Shown here: positions 18,802 to 32,575 of the stretch, one piece after another | How positions within the stretch are numbered: the stretch's first letter is position 1 | Layout: every line of letters starts with the position of its first letter | Assembly: GCA_009937065.1 (NCBI GenBank) | Contig: JAACDF010000099.1 | Coordinates: forward strand, 3,339-67,338 | Length of the DNA stretch: 64,000 bases | DNA from: Gammaproteobacteria bacterium | Lineage (GTDB): Bacteria; Pseudomonadota; Gammaproteobacteria; Pseudomonadales; Halieaceae | Direction of reading: 5' to 3' | Program-made: the position numbers and the translations under genes | Notes under the pieces: generated by a model | Seen by the model: only the letters and a program-made list of their open reading frames with translations | The model's database searches: none | What the model was told of the DNA's origin: nothing

Positions 18802-20433
18802 ATGGACCTTCCAGTTGGCGAGAGTTACGAGGACATTTGCCGCAAGTTTTCCTGGCAGATTCCCGAGTATTTCAACATTGCGGATGCCGTCTGTGATCGT
18901 TGGGCTGACGATACGACCCGCATTGCGATGACCCACGAGAACCTCGATGGATCGGTTAAAAATTTCACCTTTGCCGAGATAAAGCGCTACTCGAATCAAT
19001 TCGCTAATCTGCTCAATAGTTTGGGGCTAGAGCAAGGTGATCGCGCGCTAGTTCTACTCACCCAATCACCTGAGTGCGCCATCTCGCACGTGGCATGCTT
19101 CAAGTCAGGCATTGTTTCTTGTCTGGCTTCGGTACTCTTTGGGCCTGATGCAATACAGCATCGATTAACAAGCACGAACGCCAAGGTCTGTATCACCAAT
19201 AAAGCCAATCTGTCGAAGGTTCAGAATATACGGGGCGCCTGCCCGTCGCTTGAGCACATCGTGGTGGTCGATGATGATTCACCTTCTCATGCGTTATCCC
19301 TCTGGCGCTCCATCGCAGATCAGAACGACACATTCGATAATGTCAAAACCCTCAGCGAAGATACGGCCTGGATAAGCTTTACCTCAGGCACAACCGGTCA
19401 GCCCAAAGGTGTATTGATGCCGCACCGCATCCTGCTCGGCAACAAACCGCTGTTCGAGTACTACTATGACTATGGCCCCCGAGAGGGCGATACGCTCTGG
19501 TCACCCGCCGACTGGGCATGGATTGCAGGCCTGATCAATATTCTTCTCGTGGGCTGGTACTCGGGCTGTAGAGTCGTCTCAACCGATATGGAGGGCTTTA
19601 ACGCTGAGGCGGCCTTCCGTATTTTGGGTCAGCATGACATTACGGTGTCTCTTTTAACGCCCACGGTACTCAAGCTCATGCGGCAGATTGATTCCGAGGA
19701 GTCTCCTGAACTTCAGCTTCGTGTGGTGTTGAGCGGTGGCGAAGCTGTCGGGAAAGAATTAGCACTTTGGGCTGACGATCGCTTTGGTCTAACGATAAGC
19801 GAGGGCTTCGGACAAACTGAATGTAACGGAATGATTGGAACCAACCCACGGCTCATGGCAGTGCGTCACGGATCCCTGGGTAAAGCGATGCCCGGCTCGG
19901 TCTGCGCCATAGTTGATGATGACGGGAATGAGGTGGAGCGAGGCGTTCAGGGTAATATCGCGATCAAAAGACCGCATCCGGCGATGTTTTCTGGCTACTT
20001 GAATAATCCCGAGGCAACGGAAGGTAAATTCATTAATGACTGGATGATCACAGGTGACTTAGGAGAGCAGGACGAAGATGGATTCTTGTGGTTCCATGGT
20101 CGCACGGATGACGTGATTACAAGTTCTGGTTACCGAATTGGACCTACAGAGATCGAAGATTGCCTGCTTAAAAGCCCTGCTGTGCAACTGGCGGCTGTGA
20201 TTGGGGTGCCCGATGAGACCCGCACCGAATTAATCAAAGCCTTTATCGTTGTCTCTGAGAATACTGATCCAACTGACGCTCTCGCTGAGTCCCTCAAGGA
20301 GCTCGTAAGAGAGAATCTCGCAAAACACGAGGTGCCAAGGTCGATCGAATTTGTCGACAGCCTCCCGATGACAACCACGGGGAAAATTATGCGTCGAACA
20401 CTGCGCGATCAGGAAGTTGCCGCTAGAAACTGA
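18802..20433 (+). CDS. AMP-binding acyl-CoA synthetase (medium-chain/ACSM-like)
   Basis: 543 aa. AMP-binding motifs ISFTSGTTGQPKGV, GDLGEQDEDGFLWFHGRTDDVI and TTTGKIMRR. Confidence 0.9.
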   Translation: MDLPVGESYEDICRKFSWQIPEYFNIADAVCDRWADDTTRIAMTHENLDGSVKNFTFAEIKRYSNQFANLLNSLGLEQGDRALVLLTQSPECAISHVACFKSGIVSCLASVLFGPDAIQHRLTSTNAKVCITNKANLSKVQNIRGACPSLEHIVVVDDDSPSHALSLWRSIADQNDTFDNVKTLSEDTAWISFTSGTTGQPKGVLMPHRILLGNKPLFEYYYDYGPREGDTLWSPADWAWIAGLINILLVGWYSGCRVVSTDMEGFNAEAAFRILGQHDITVSLLTPTVLKLMRQIDSEESPELQLRVVLSGGEAVGKELALWADDRFGLTISEGFGQTECNGMIGTNPRLMAVRHGSLGKAMPGSVCAIVDDDGNEVERGVQGNIAIKRPHPAMFSGYLNNPEATEGKFINDWMITGDLGEQDEDGFLWFHGRTDDVITSSGYRIGPTEIEDCLLKSPAVQLAAVIGVPDETRTELIKAFIVVSENTDPTDALAESLKELVRENLAKHEVPRSIEFVDSLPMTTTGKIMRRTLRDQEVAARN

Positions 20434-20525
20434 GCCGCCCCCAGGCAATGCCATCAACTCCTAAAGGGGTTAAAACTGCAAACGCTTAGTCATTCAATAT
20501 CCGAACGGCTCGGGAGGTACGTGCA

Positions 20526-21368
20526 ATGGATAAAGGAACCGTCATTTGCCAGGGTTTCACATTTATCGAAGGCCCACGATGGTATCAGGGAGCATTATGG
20601 TTCTCGGACTTTTATGACGAAGCCGTGTTCCGAGTCGTACCGGGAGAGCGGCCAGAGAAAGTTGTATCAGTCCCACAACAGCCCTCAGGGTTGGGATGGT
20701 TACCCAACGGTGATCTTCTCATTTCATCCATGCTGGATAAAACTCTCTACCGATGGTCAGAAAACCAAGGACTTAAAAAGTACGCGGACGTTTCAGCCAT
20801 CGCAGAGCGGCGCATCAACGACATGCTCGTTGATCCCAGCGGTCGAGCGTGGGTAGGTAATTTTGGCTTTGTTCATCAAGATGGCGAGTCCATCGCGCCA
20901 GGCACCCTAGCCCGCGTTGATACCGACCAATCTGTGCATGCGGCAGCCAATGATTTGCTCTTCGCTAACGGCATGGTGCTTGTCAATGGTGGTAAAACAC
21001 TCATCGTTGCCGAGACCTATCGCGGGTGTCTCACCGCCTTCGATATTGAATCTACCGGGGACTTGGTAAATCGCAGGCTATGGGCTCAATTGCCCGACGG
21101 TGATGTACCTGATGGTATTTGCGTCGATGAAGAGGACGCGATTTGGGTCGCTTCACCCACCACAGGCTCAGTACTGCGTCTGCGTGAGGGTGGCGAGGTA
21201 ACCGACAGCATCCAAACTGGCCGTAAAGCCATCGCCTGTGCGCTGGGCGGTAATGCAGGAAGAACGCTTTTTGTGAGCTCCTCTGAATCCACCAATCGAG
21301 ACATGTGTCTTGATCGCCGCGCAGCTGCCATTCACGCCTTCGAAGTAGCCATTGCGTCCGCGAATTAG
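20526..21368 (+). CDS. SMP-30/gluconolactonase/LRE family protein
   Basis: 280 aa. EGPRWYQGALWFSD, NDMLVDPSGRAWVGN, LLFANGMVL and PDGICVDEEDAIWVA repeats of the 6-bladed propeller lactonase family. GGGAGG SD. Confidence 0.82.
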   Translation: MDKGTVICQGFTFIEGPRWYQGALWFSDFYDEAVFRVVPGERPEKVVSVPQQPSGLGWLPNGDLLISSMLDKTLYRWSENQGLKKYADVSAIAERRINDMLVDPSGRAWVGNFGFVHQDGESIAPGTLARVDTDQSVHAAANDLLFANGMVLVNGGKTLIVAETYRGCLTAFDIESTGDLVNRRLWAQLPDGDVPDGICVDEEDAIWVASPTTGSVLRLREGGEVTDSIQTGRKAIACALGGNAGRTLFVSSSESTNRDMCLDRRAAAIHAFEVAIASAN

Positions 21369-21415
21369 CATCACAGTTGCGGGGGATAGAAACGGACGTC
21401 TCGGGCTCAAGAGAG

Positions 21416-22249
21416 TTAGCTGTAATTCGTCAGCTTTCGTTCGAGAAGCGAGAAGAGATCTCCCACTGAGGAGCCACCTACCTCTCGCCCCTGCACGTCG
21501 AATTGCTTAAGCACGCCCTCAAGCTCTGGATTGGCAAAATAGACAATGCCCTGGCGCACCGGATTATCTGCCACTTGGCTGGTTACGCGGTGAACAATGG
21601 CCGCTACCGATCGATTCGAGTGCTGAGTAATAAAGTGCAGTGCTTCACCAAAATTAATCACCAGATGTCCATCAAGCACCGGCACATCGCGGAATTGACC
21701 CTCGAGCTCAATTTGTAAGCCAGGGGACGTCGCGTCGAGAATGGTTACAAACCCATAATCGGTGTGGGGCCGCAAGCCCAAATCGGGTTGTGACGTATCG
21801 TAGTGAACAAAGTTCAAAAACGCGGTTCCCTGACCCGAAGAATACCCACCTGAGGCCTCACTCCAAAGGTGCTCAGGGATACCTGACTGCCGAAATACCT
21901 CACAAATCACTGCCCGGCCGATGTGATCGAGGTGGCGACCAAACCGCGCGACCTCTTGAGGATAGTGTTCATCCCACCGATGGCGGCGCAGAGCCAGCTT
22001 GGTCTGCTGATTATTCTCGAGCGCGATAAAACCCTCTAGCTCGCCGTACTGAGGGATGTCTCGTAAGGGACTTGCAGGGTCAAGAATCTCGCGACCAAAG
22101 CGACGCGCTTCCTCCAGGTCAAGCCAGTCCGGCACCTTGAGATAAAAGACGCCAAGCTTCCAGGCAACATCCTGATCCTCGGAAGTCTCAAACATCAATC
22201 GCAACGCTTCATCAATCGAAGCTTTAGGAAGACTCATATCCGGTTTCAT
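21416..22249 (-). CDS. 2OG-Fe(II) oxygenase family protein (isopenicillin N synthase-like)
   Basis: 277 aa. Facial triad context PHTDYGFVTIL (HxD) and ...AAIVHRV. GAGG SD 5 nt upstream. Confidence 0.75.
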   Translation of the reverse strand: MKPDMSLPKASIDEALRLMFETSEDQDVAWKLGVFYLKVPDWLDLEEARRFGREILDPASPLRDIPQYGELEGFIALENNQQTKLALRRHRWDEHYPQEVARFGRHLDHIGRAVICEVFRQSGIPEHLWSEASGGYSSGQGTAFLNFVHYDTSQPDLGLRPHTDYGFVTILDATSPGLQIELEGQFRDVPVLDGHLVINFGEALHFITQHSNRSVAAIVHRVTSQVADNPVRQGIVYFANPELEGVLKQFDVQGREVGGSSVGDLFSLLERKLTNYS

Positions 22250-22456
22250 CGATGCCTCGGCTCGAGAGCTGCTAGCTATTTTTCAGTCTGATCACCCGAC
22301 CACTCCCCGGTCGGGACCGCATCGACATTAACACGCTCGTAAAGCGCCACCTACGCTAATCGACCAAGCTTTGTGTTACCTTCGAAACAGCAGAAGTTGC
22401 TGAGATTCACTCCTCTCATCAGCTTCACGTTCAAAAAAACAATAAGGTAAAAGCAG

Positions 22457-23632
22457 ATGGCCGAAGCATACATCGTAGCTGCAAAGCGAACCGCTGGTGG
22501 CCGCAAAGGCGGCGCGCTTGCAAACTGGCACCCCGGAGACTTGGGTGCTCAAACACTCAACGCCATTGTCGATAACAGTAAGGTCGACCCTAGCGCAATT
22601 GAAGACGTGATTGTGGGTTGTGTCTCGCAAGCCGGCGAGCAATCTAATCAGATTGGTCGAACAGCTGTCCTCGCCTCAAACTTGCCACAGAGTGTGCCAG
22701 CCGTAACGATCGATCGTCAGTGTGGTTCTTCACAGCAGAGTATTCAGTTTGCGGCTCAGGCCATCATGTCCGGTACGCAGGACCTAGTAATAGCAGCAGG
22801 CATTGAGAGCATGTCGCGTTGCCCCATGGGCATTAATGCGCGCGCAGGCAAGTTATTTGATATCCCGACAGACCCGACACCTCAGTCTGTAAAAGAACAG
22901 TACGGTATTCGACATTTTAGTCAGTTCGTTGGCGCCGAGATGATCGCCAAGAAATACGGTCACTCGAGGGAGGCATTGAATGCCTACTCAGTAAGAAGTC
23001 ATCAACGTGGGCGCGACGCTCGCAATGCGGGAGCCTTCGATAATGAAATTGTTGCGATCATGGGCCGAACCGCTGAGGGAGGGACGGCGCTCCACCAACA
23101 TGATGAGGGTATTCGTGACGACGCCAGCATGGAGGCTATGGCGCAGCTGAAAATCTTGATGGAAGACGGTGCGCTCACCGCTGCTAATGCGAGTCAAATT
23201 TGCGATGGCAGCTCAGCTGTCATGATCGCATCGGAACAGGCACTCAAAGACCACAACCTCACGCCACTGGCGCGCATTCATAACCTCACGGTAACGGCAG
23301 GCGATCCCGTGATCATGCTTGAGGAACCACTCTTTGCGACCGATCGAGCGCTAAAGCGGGCTGGTATGAGCATTCATGATATGGACCTCTACGAAGTCAA
23401 CGAAGCCTTTGCTCCAGTGCCCATGGCATGGCTCGAGCACACCGGTGCCGACCCTGACAAACTGAATGTTAATGGCGGTGCCATCGCACTCGGTCACCCG
23501 CTGGGCGCCACAGGCACCAAGCTTATGACCACACTGGTCCACGCGCTTCACGCCCGCGGCAAAAAGTGGGGCCTGCAAACCATGTGCGAAGGCGGCGGTA
23601 TCGCTAATGTGACCATTGTTGAAGCCCTATAG
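22457..23632 (+). CDS. acetyl-CoA C-acyltransferase (thiolase)
   Basis: 391 aa. Active-site Cys context VTIDRQCGSSQQSI and C-terminal NVNGGAIALGHPLGATG / CEGGGIANV thiolase signatures. Confidence 0.95.
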   Translation: MAEAYIVAAKRTAGGRKGGALANWHPGDLGAQTLNAIVDNSKVDPSAIEDVIVGCVSQAGEQSNQIGRTAVLASNLPQSVPAVTIDRQCGSSQQSIQFAAQAIMSGTQDLVIAAGIESMSRCPMGINARAGKLFDIPTDPTPQSVKEQYGIRHFSQFVGAEMIAKKYGHSREALNAYSVRSHQRGRDARNAGAFDNEIVAIMGRTAEGGTALHQHDEGIRDDASMEAMAQLKILMEDGALTAANASQICDGSSAVMIASEQALKDHNLTPLARIHNLTVTAGDPVIMLEEPLFATDRALKRAGMSIHDMDLYEVNEAFAPVPMAWLEHTGADPDKLNVNGGAIALGHPLGATGTKLMTTLVHALHARGKKWGLQTMCEGGGIANVTIVEAL

Positions 23633-23768
23633 CTAACGCATAAAGCGCCACCAGTGGTGGTGGCTAAAATACAACTGGTATGACAAGTGCAGTGCAGGCA
23701 AGTAAAGATTTGCACATTGCCAATGACTGATGTTCAATATCACCAAGCCATAAAAATAAAAAGGCGAG

Positions 23769-23939
23769 ATGATGGAGTTCAAGACTCTCAGCAAAGTAAT
23801 CACTGCGTGCGTCGTAGCCGGTGTCGTAAGCGGACTTCTGTTGGCGAATGCCACGTTTTACGAAGTGCTCATGGGCCAGCTTAGCCAGTGGGCAGAGACT
23901 CAGAGCCTAATTGCCTGGAATAACTCCCCGCATTACTGA
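23769..23939 (+). CDS. small hypothetical membrane protein (56 aa)
   Basis: Below the track cutoff. Sequence is MMEFKTLSKVITACVVAGVVSGLLLANATFYEVLMGQLSQWAETQSLIAWNNSPHY with one TM helix. An AAGGCGAG purine-rich stretch lies upstream and a T-tract hairpin follows about 50 nt later. Confidence 0.35.
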   Translation: MMEFKTLSKVITACVVAGVVSGLLLANATFYEVLMGQLSQWAETQSLIAWNNSPHY

Positions 23940-23990
23940 TTTTTGCACTTACCCTGTAATTGACTGCCCTAAATTAGTTAATCTAACCCT

Positions 23991-24023
23991 GCAGTGCACC
24001 TGAGCGTGCACCTGTTTTTTTTT
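23991..24023 (+). terminator. putative intrinsic terminator
   Basis: GTGCAC (23994-23999) and GTGCAC (24006-24011) are self-complementary hexamers able to pair across a 6-nt loop, followed by a T9 run (24015-24023). Confidence 0.45.
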
Positions 24024-24067
24024 ATAGTTATAGCGCCCATTTATCTGTCGAAGTCCGGGAGTAAGTT

Positions 24068-25189
24068 ATGTTCATCGAACCGTTCAAAGTCGAAATTTGG
24101 ATGAACGAGTGGGAAACGCGCTGCACCTACAATCTCGCTGAAACCTGCGTTGCCAGCATTACCATCGAAGAATTGCTGTCGCTTGCGGGGCTAAACGAAA
24201 GCGCTCTCTCTGAGTTACTGCCTATGAAGTTGACCTACGGCGATATCGAGGGATCGATTCGTCTGAGAACTGCCATAGCCGCACTTTACGAGACTCAAGT
24301 CATTGAAGACATTACGGTGACCCACGGAACAATTGCCGCGAATATGCTGGTCCATAAAGCACTGGTTGGTCCAAACGAGAAGGTCATCTCAGTGGTACCG
24401 ACCTATCAGCAGCACTACTCTATTCCGGCAAGTATCGGGGCCCAGGTAACAACACTTCGGCTGCGTGAGGAAGATCAATTCTTACCTGATCTTGATCATC
24501 TCCGGGAACTCGCCACTGATGAGACAAAGCTAATCGCGTTCACCAATCCTAACAATCCAACTGGCGCCTTAATCGAGCGGCCCATGTTAGAGAAGATTGT
24601 TGAAATCGCAGACAAGGCTGACGCATACCTACTCTGCGATGAAGTGTATCGAGGCACTGCTCAGGTGGGTGACGGCATGGTATCCTCCATTGCCGATATG
24701 TACCGCAAAGGCATTAGCACTGCCGGCATGTCAAAAGTGTTTTCTCTGGCCGGACTCCGCCTTGGTTGGGTGGCTGCTCCACAAGACGTTACCGAGAAGA
24801 TCATGATCCATCGTGATTACGACACCATCTCGGTAGGCATGCTCAACGACCATTTTGCCGCCATAGCGCTCGAAAATGCAGAAAGCGTGCTTTCGCGAAG
24901 TCGACAAATCACCCGTGAAAATCTAGCCATTCTTGAAGAGTGGATAAACAACGAGCCCCGCGTTAGCTGGGTAAAACCGCGGGCTGGCACCACCGCCATG
25001 CTCAAGCTGGACGTACCCATGACCTGTCGAGAGTTCTGTATAGACCTCATCGAGAAAACGGGGGTTATGCTCACACCCGGGGATGCGTTTGAGATGGAAG
25101 GCTACGCGCGTATTGGCTACGCGAACGACCAAGAAACACTAGAAGCAGGCCTAAAAGAACTATCGCGTTATTTGGAAGAAATTGGATGA
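24068..25189 (+). CDS. PLP-dependent aminotransferase, class I/II
   Basis: 373 aa. FTNPNNPTGA and the PLP-lysine context GMSKVFSLAGLRLGW. GGGAG SD. Confidence 0.9.
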   Translation: MFIEPFKVEIWMNEWETRCTYNLAETCVASITIEELLSLAGLNESALSELLPMKLTYGDIEGSIRLRTAIAALYETQVIEDITVTHGTIAANMLVHKALVGPNEKVISVVPTYQQHYSIPASIGAQVTTLRLREEDQFLPDLDHLRELATDETKLIAFTNPNNPTGALIERPMLEKIVEIADKADAYLLCDEVYRGTAQVGDGMVSSIADMYRKGISTAGMSKVFSLAGLRLGWVAAPQDVTEKIMIHRDYDTISVGMLNDHFAAIALENAESVLSRSRQITRENLAILEEWINNEPRVSWVKPRAGTTAMLKLDVPMTCREFCIDLIEKTGVMLTPGDAFEMEGYARIGYANDQETLEAGLKELSRYLEEIG

Positions 25190-26040
25190 TACTGAGCCTT
25201 AAGCAACTCAAACGCCTGGTAACCACCACCGTAGCCTTCTTGGTTACATCCGCGAATTGGGTCATGGCCGACGCATCATCGCCCAAGGCCGCCTCACCTG
25301 CACTGCTATCTGCCTTCTTCGGGCTTGATAATGCCCTGCCCTTCGCGGCCAATCTGCTGTGTTTTGGCGCCTCTGGCGATGACGGTATGCCAGTTGTTCT
25401 TTCGCACCGCGTCAGCAGCGACTCGGTTCGGCCAGAGCAATTTCAAATCACCACACGTTCAGGCCAATTGAAGACGCCTAAGTGCGCCACCCTGCGGCCC
25501 GCCGGGGACCCAGGGGAGCGCCGAACGGTCCTACTGATAGGCGAGTTTGGGAATGCAGATACTGACCCGCCAGAGGTAGTTACCATTGTTAAGAGCCTGT
25601 TGTCGGACACGGCCACGCCGCTTAATTTCAAAGGTCAATCGATCGAAGTAACGCCACTCAGTGAAGGACCCTCGATGGTTTTGGCGGAGTCCTTAAGTCG
25701 AGACGACTGGACTGTCGAAAGACGAGGGACTCAGTGTCCCAGCGAAGGGGTCAGGCAAATTATCCGTGTAACCTGGAATGGTGGTGTACGGCTTGCCAAC
25801 CGCGATGAACCGGGCGACACAGAAACACACCTTTACAGCGTTACGATGGAACCAGAGCATGGAGCAAGCTACATCACCCATCCTATCGCCATCGCCGAGC
25901 TAGGTGATAATGACAACCATCATTTCTTGTGCCTGGATACGGATGACAAGGCCTCAGAAGTGAGTTTTCCGAGTGGTAATTTCATTGACCCCAATAGGGA
26001 TCTCAATCCAGACACTCGCGTCATGTTGCATCCCCGTTAG
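25186..26040 (+). CDS. hypothetical secreted protein
   Basis: 284 aa. The start overlaps the aminotransferase stop (ATGA). N-terminal signal-like segment (VTTTVAFLVTSANWVMA). No family recognised. Confidence 0.55.
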   Translation: MILSLKQLKRLVTTTVAFLVTSANWVMADASSPKAASPALLSAFFGLDNALPFAANLLCFGASGDDGMPVVLSHRVSSDSVRPEQFQITTRSGQLKTPKCATLRPAGDPGERRTVLLIGEFGNADTDPPEVVTIVKSLLSDTATPLNFKGQSIEVTPLSEGPSMVLAESLSRDDWTVERRGTQCPSEGVRQIIRVTWNGGVRLANRDEPGDTETHLYSVTMEPEHGASYITHPIAIAELGDNDNHHFLCLDTDDKASEVSFPSGNFIDPNRDLNPDTRVMLHPR

Positions 26041-26114
26041 GAAGCCACCGTCAGTGATGTTCTAGCGTGAGTGCGCTCGCGCTTATAAGCGAGAAGAAGC
26101 TCAATCTTAAGACG

Positions 26115-27479
26115 CTACTGTCGCGACAGAAAGTCAGAAACCTGTTGATGGAGCGCACCATGCAAACGGAAGGTGCGGTGATACACCCATATGCTTGCCA
26201 GTAAAAACACAACAGGCAACCCGATCATCAGTGCTCGCAAACCCAAGACTGTAGCCTCGTTTTGAACCTCATTGGGTACATAACCAATGAGCGAGAGTCC
26301 CACGCCAATAAAAAAGCCAGCAAAGGCACCTGCGAACTTAACCAGCATGGTTTGCACCGAGAAGATAATGCTTTCACTGCGCTTTCCGGTTTTGTAATGG
26401 CCGTAATCGACCACATCGGCCAACATCACGGTACCCAAACCATTGGCAATGCCGCCACCAAACTTCAGTAACGCGCCGGCCACGGCAACCAAGACCCCAC
26501 TCTCGGGTGCCACAATGCTTCCCGCAAGCAACGCCACACTGCAGGCCAGGGCAAAAAGGCTGGCGATGTACCAGGTGAGGCGCCGCGGCAAATATCGACA
26601 CAGCCAGGGGAAGATGAAGATACCGAACATCTCGGCGATGCCGGAGACCAAGGCAAACATGGGAAACAGCTCGGGCTTACCGATCGCGTAGCTGAAGTAG
26701 TAAATTGCAAAGCCACCCACCAACTGGGTGCCAATGTTGAAGGTGAGAACACAACCAATCAGCGAGGCTAGCTGATCGTTGTTTCGCAGGATGGTGATCA
26801 CATCACCAAAGGAGAAGCGGTCGCTCGACCCCCGTGTAGCAATTCGCTCCTGAACCTGGGTAAAGGTAACCAGCGCGGATGCTAGAAAGGCAACAATGAT
26901 GAGCCCAGAGAGAAGAAGGAACCCCCTGCCTTCATCGCCCTCACCCAGAAAGGCGATGCTTGCTAACCCATAGGTACCGACCACCGTCCAGGCGACGCTG
27001 GCGAATAAACGCGGCCAAACCACCAAGCGCTCTCGCTCCTCGCGATGGGCCGACAGCGCGGGCACCATTGACCAGAACGGGATATCCATAATCGTATAGG
27101 TGAGGCCCCAGATGATGTAGGTCACGGTGACAAACAACAGGAGCTGGAAGCCCGAAAATAAATGCGCCGAGAACAGCGCCAACAAGGCCAACGAGTTGAT
27201 TACCGTGCCCAAGACAATCCAAGGCCTGAACTTCCCGAACCGACTGCGGGTGTTGTCGACGATCATTCCCATGATCGGATCAGACACCGCGTCAATCATG
27301 CGAACAACTAGAAATAAGGTTCCTACGAATGCAGCAGGCACACCCGCAACATCGGTGTAGTAGTACATGAGAAAGAGGTAAACGATGGAGCAGGCGAAGT
27401 CTTTCCCCAGCGCACCCAGCCCATAACTGAACTTGGTACGCGTCGTAATCGAGTCGACTCTGGCGAGAGCGTCACTCAT
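26115..27479 (-). CDS. glycoside-pentoside-hexuronide (GPH):cation symporter, MFS superfamily
   Basis: 454 aa with 12 TM helices. N-terminus KFSYGLGALGKDFACSIVYLFLMYYYTDVAGV and DNTRSRFGKFRPW are typical of MelB/YicJ-type carriers. Confidence 0.9.
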   Translation of the reverse strand: MSDALARVDSITTRTKFSYGLGALGKDFACSIVYLFLMYYYTDVAGVPAAFVGTLFLVVRMIDAVSDPIMGMIVDNTRSRFGKFRPWIVLGTVINSLALLALFSAHLFSGFQLLLFVTVTYIIWGLTYTIMDIPFWSMVPALSAHREERERLVVWPRLFASVAWTVVGTYGLASIAFLGEGDEGRGFLLLSGLIIVAFLASALVTFTQVQERIATRGSSDRFSFGDVITILRNNDQLASLIGCVLTFNIGTQLVGGFAIYYFSYAIGKPELFPMFALVSGIAEMFGIFIFPWLCRYLPRRLTWYIASLFALACSVALLAGSIVAPESGVLVAVAGALLKFGGGIANGLGTVMLADVVDYGHYKTGKRSESIIFSVQTMLVKFAGAFAGFFIGVGLSLIGYVPNEVQNEATVLGLRALMIGLPVVFLLASIWVYHRTFRLHGALHQQVSDFLSRQ

Positions 27480-27508
27480 GACGCATGACGCCCAGACTTT
27501 TGCCTATC

Positions 27509-32403
<4,895 letters not shown>

Positions 32404-32575
32404 GTCTTCGTTATCTTTTTCGTTGTCTTTTTAGTTATAGATGGCGCAAATCCACACCATAGCCGCTTATCGTTTCTTTCGCATTGAGTTGTGTTTCAAA
32501 TCATCCCTTGGTTACTCTCGTCTCGTTAATCACCACTCTGGTTGTCCCCAACCGGAGGCATACGAGAAAACTGCT

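Noticed and set aside
22295-22315. 7-bp GC hairpin CCCGACC-N7-GGTCGGG
   Set aside because: It lies in a divergent promoter region where no gene ends, so it is not a terminator. It is too short to call an operator with any confidence.
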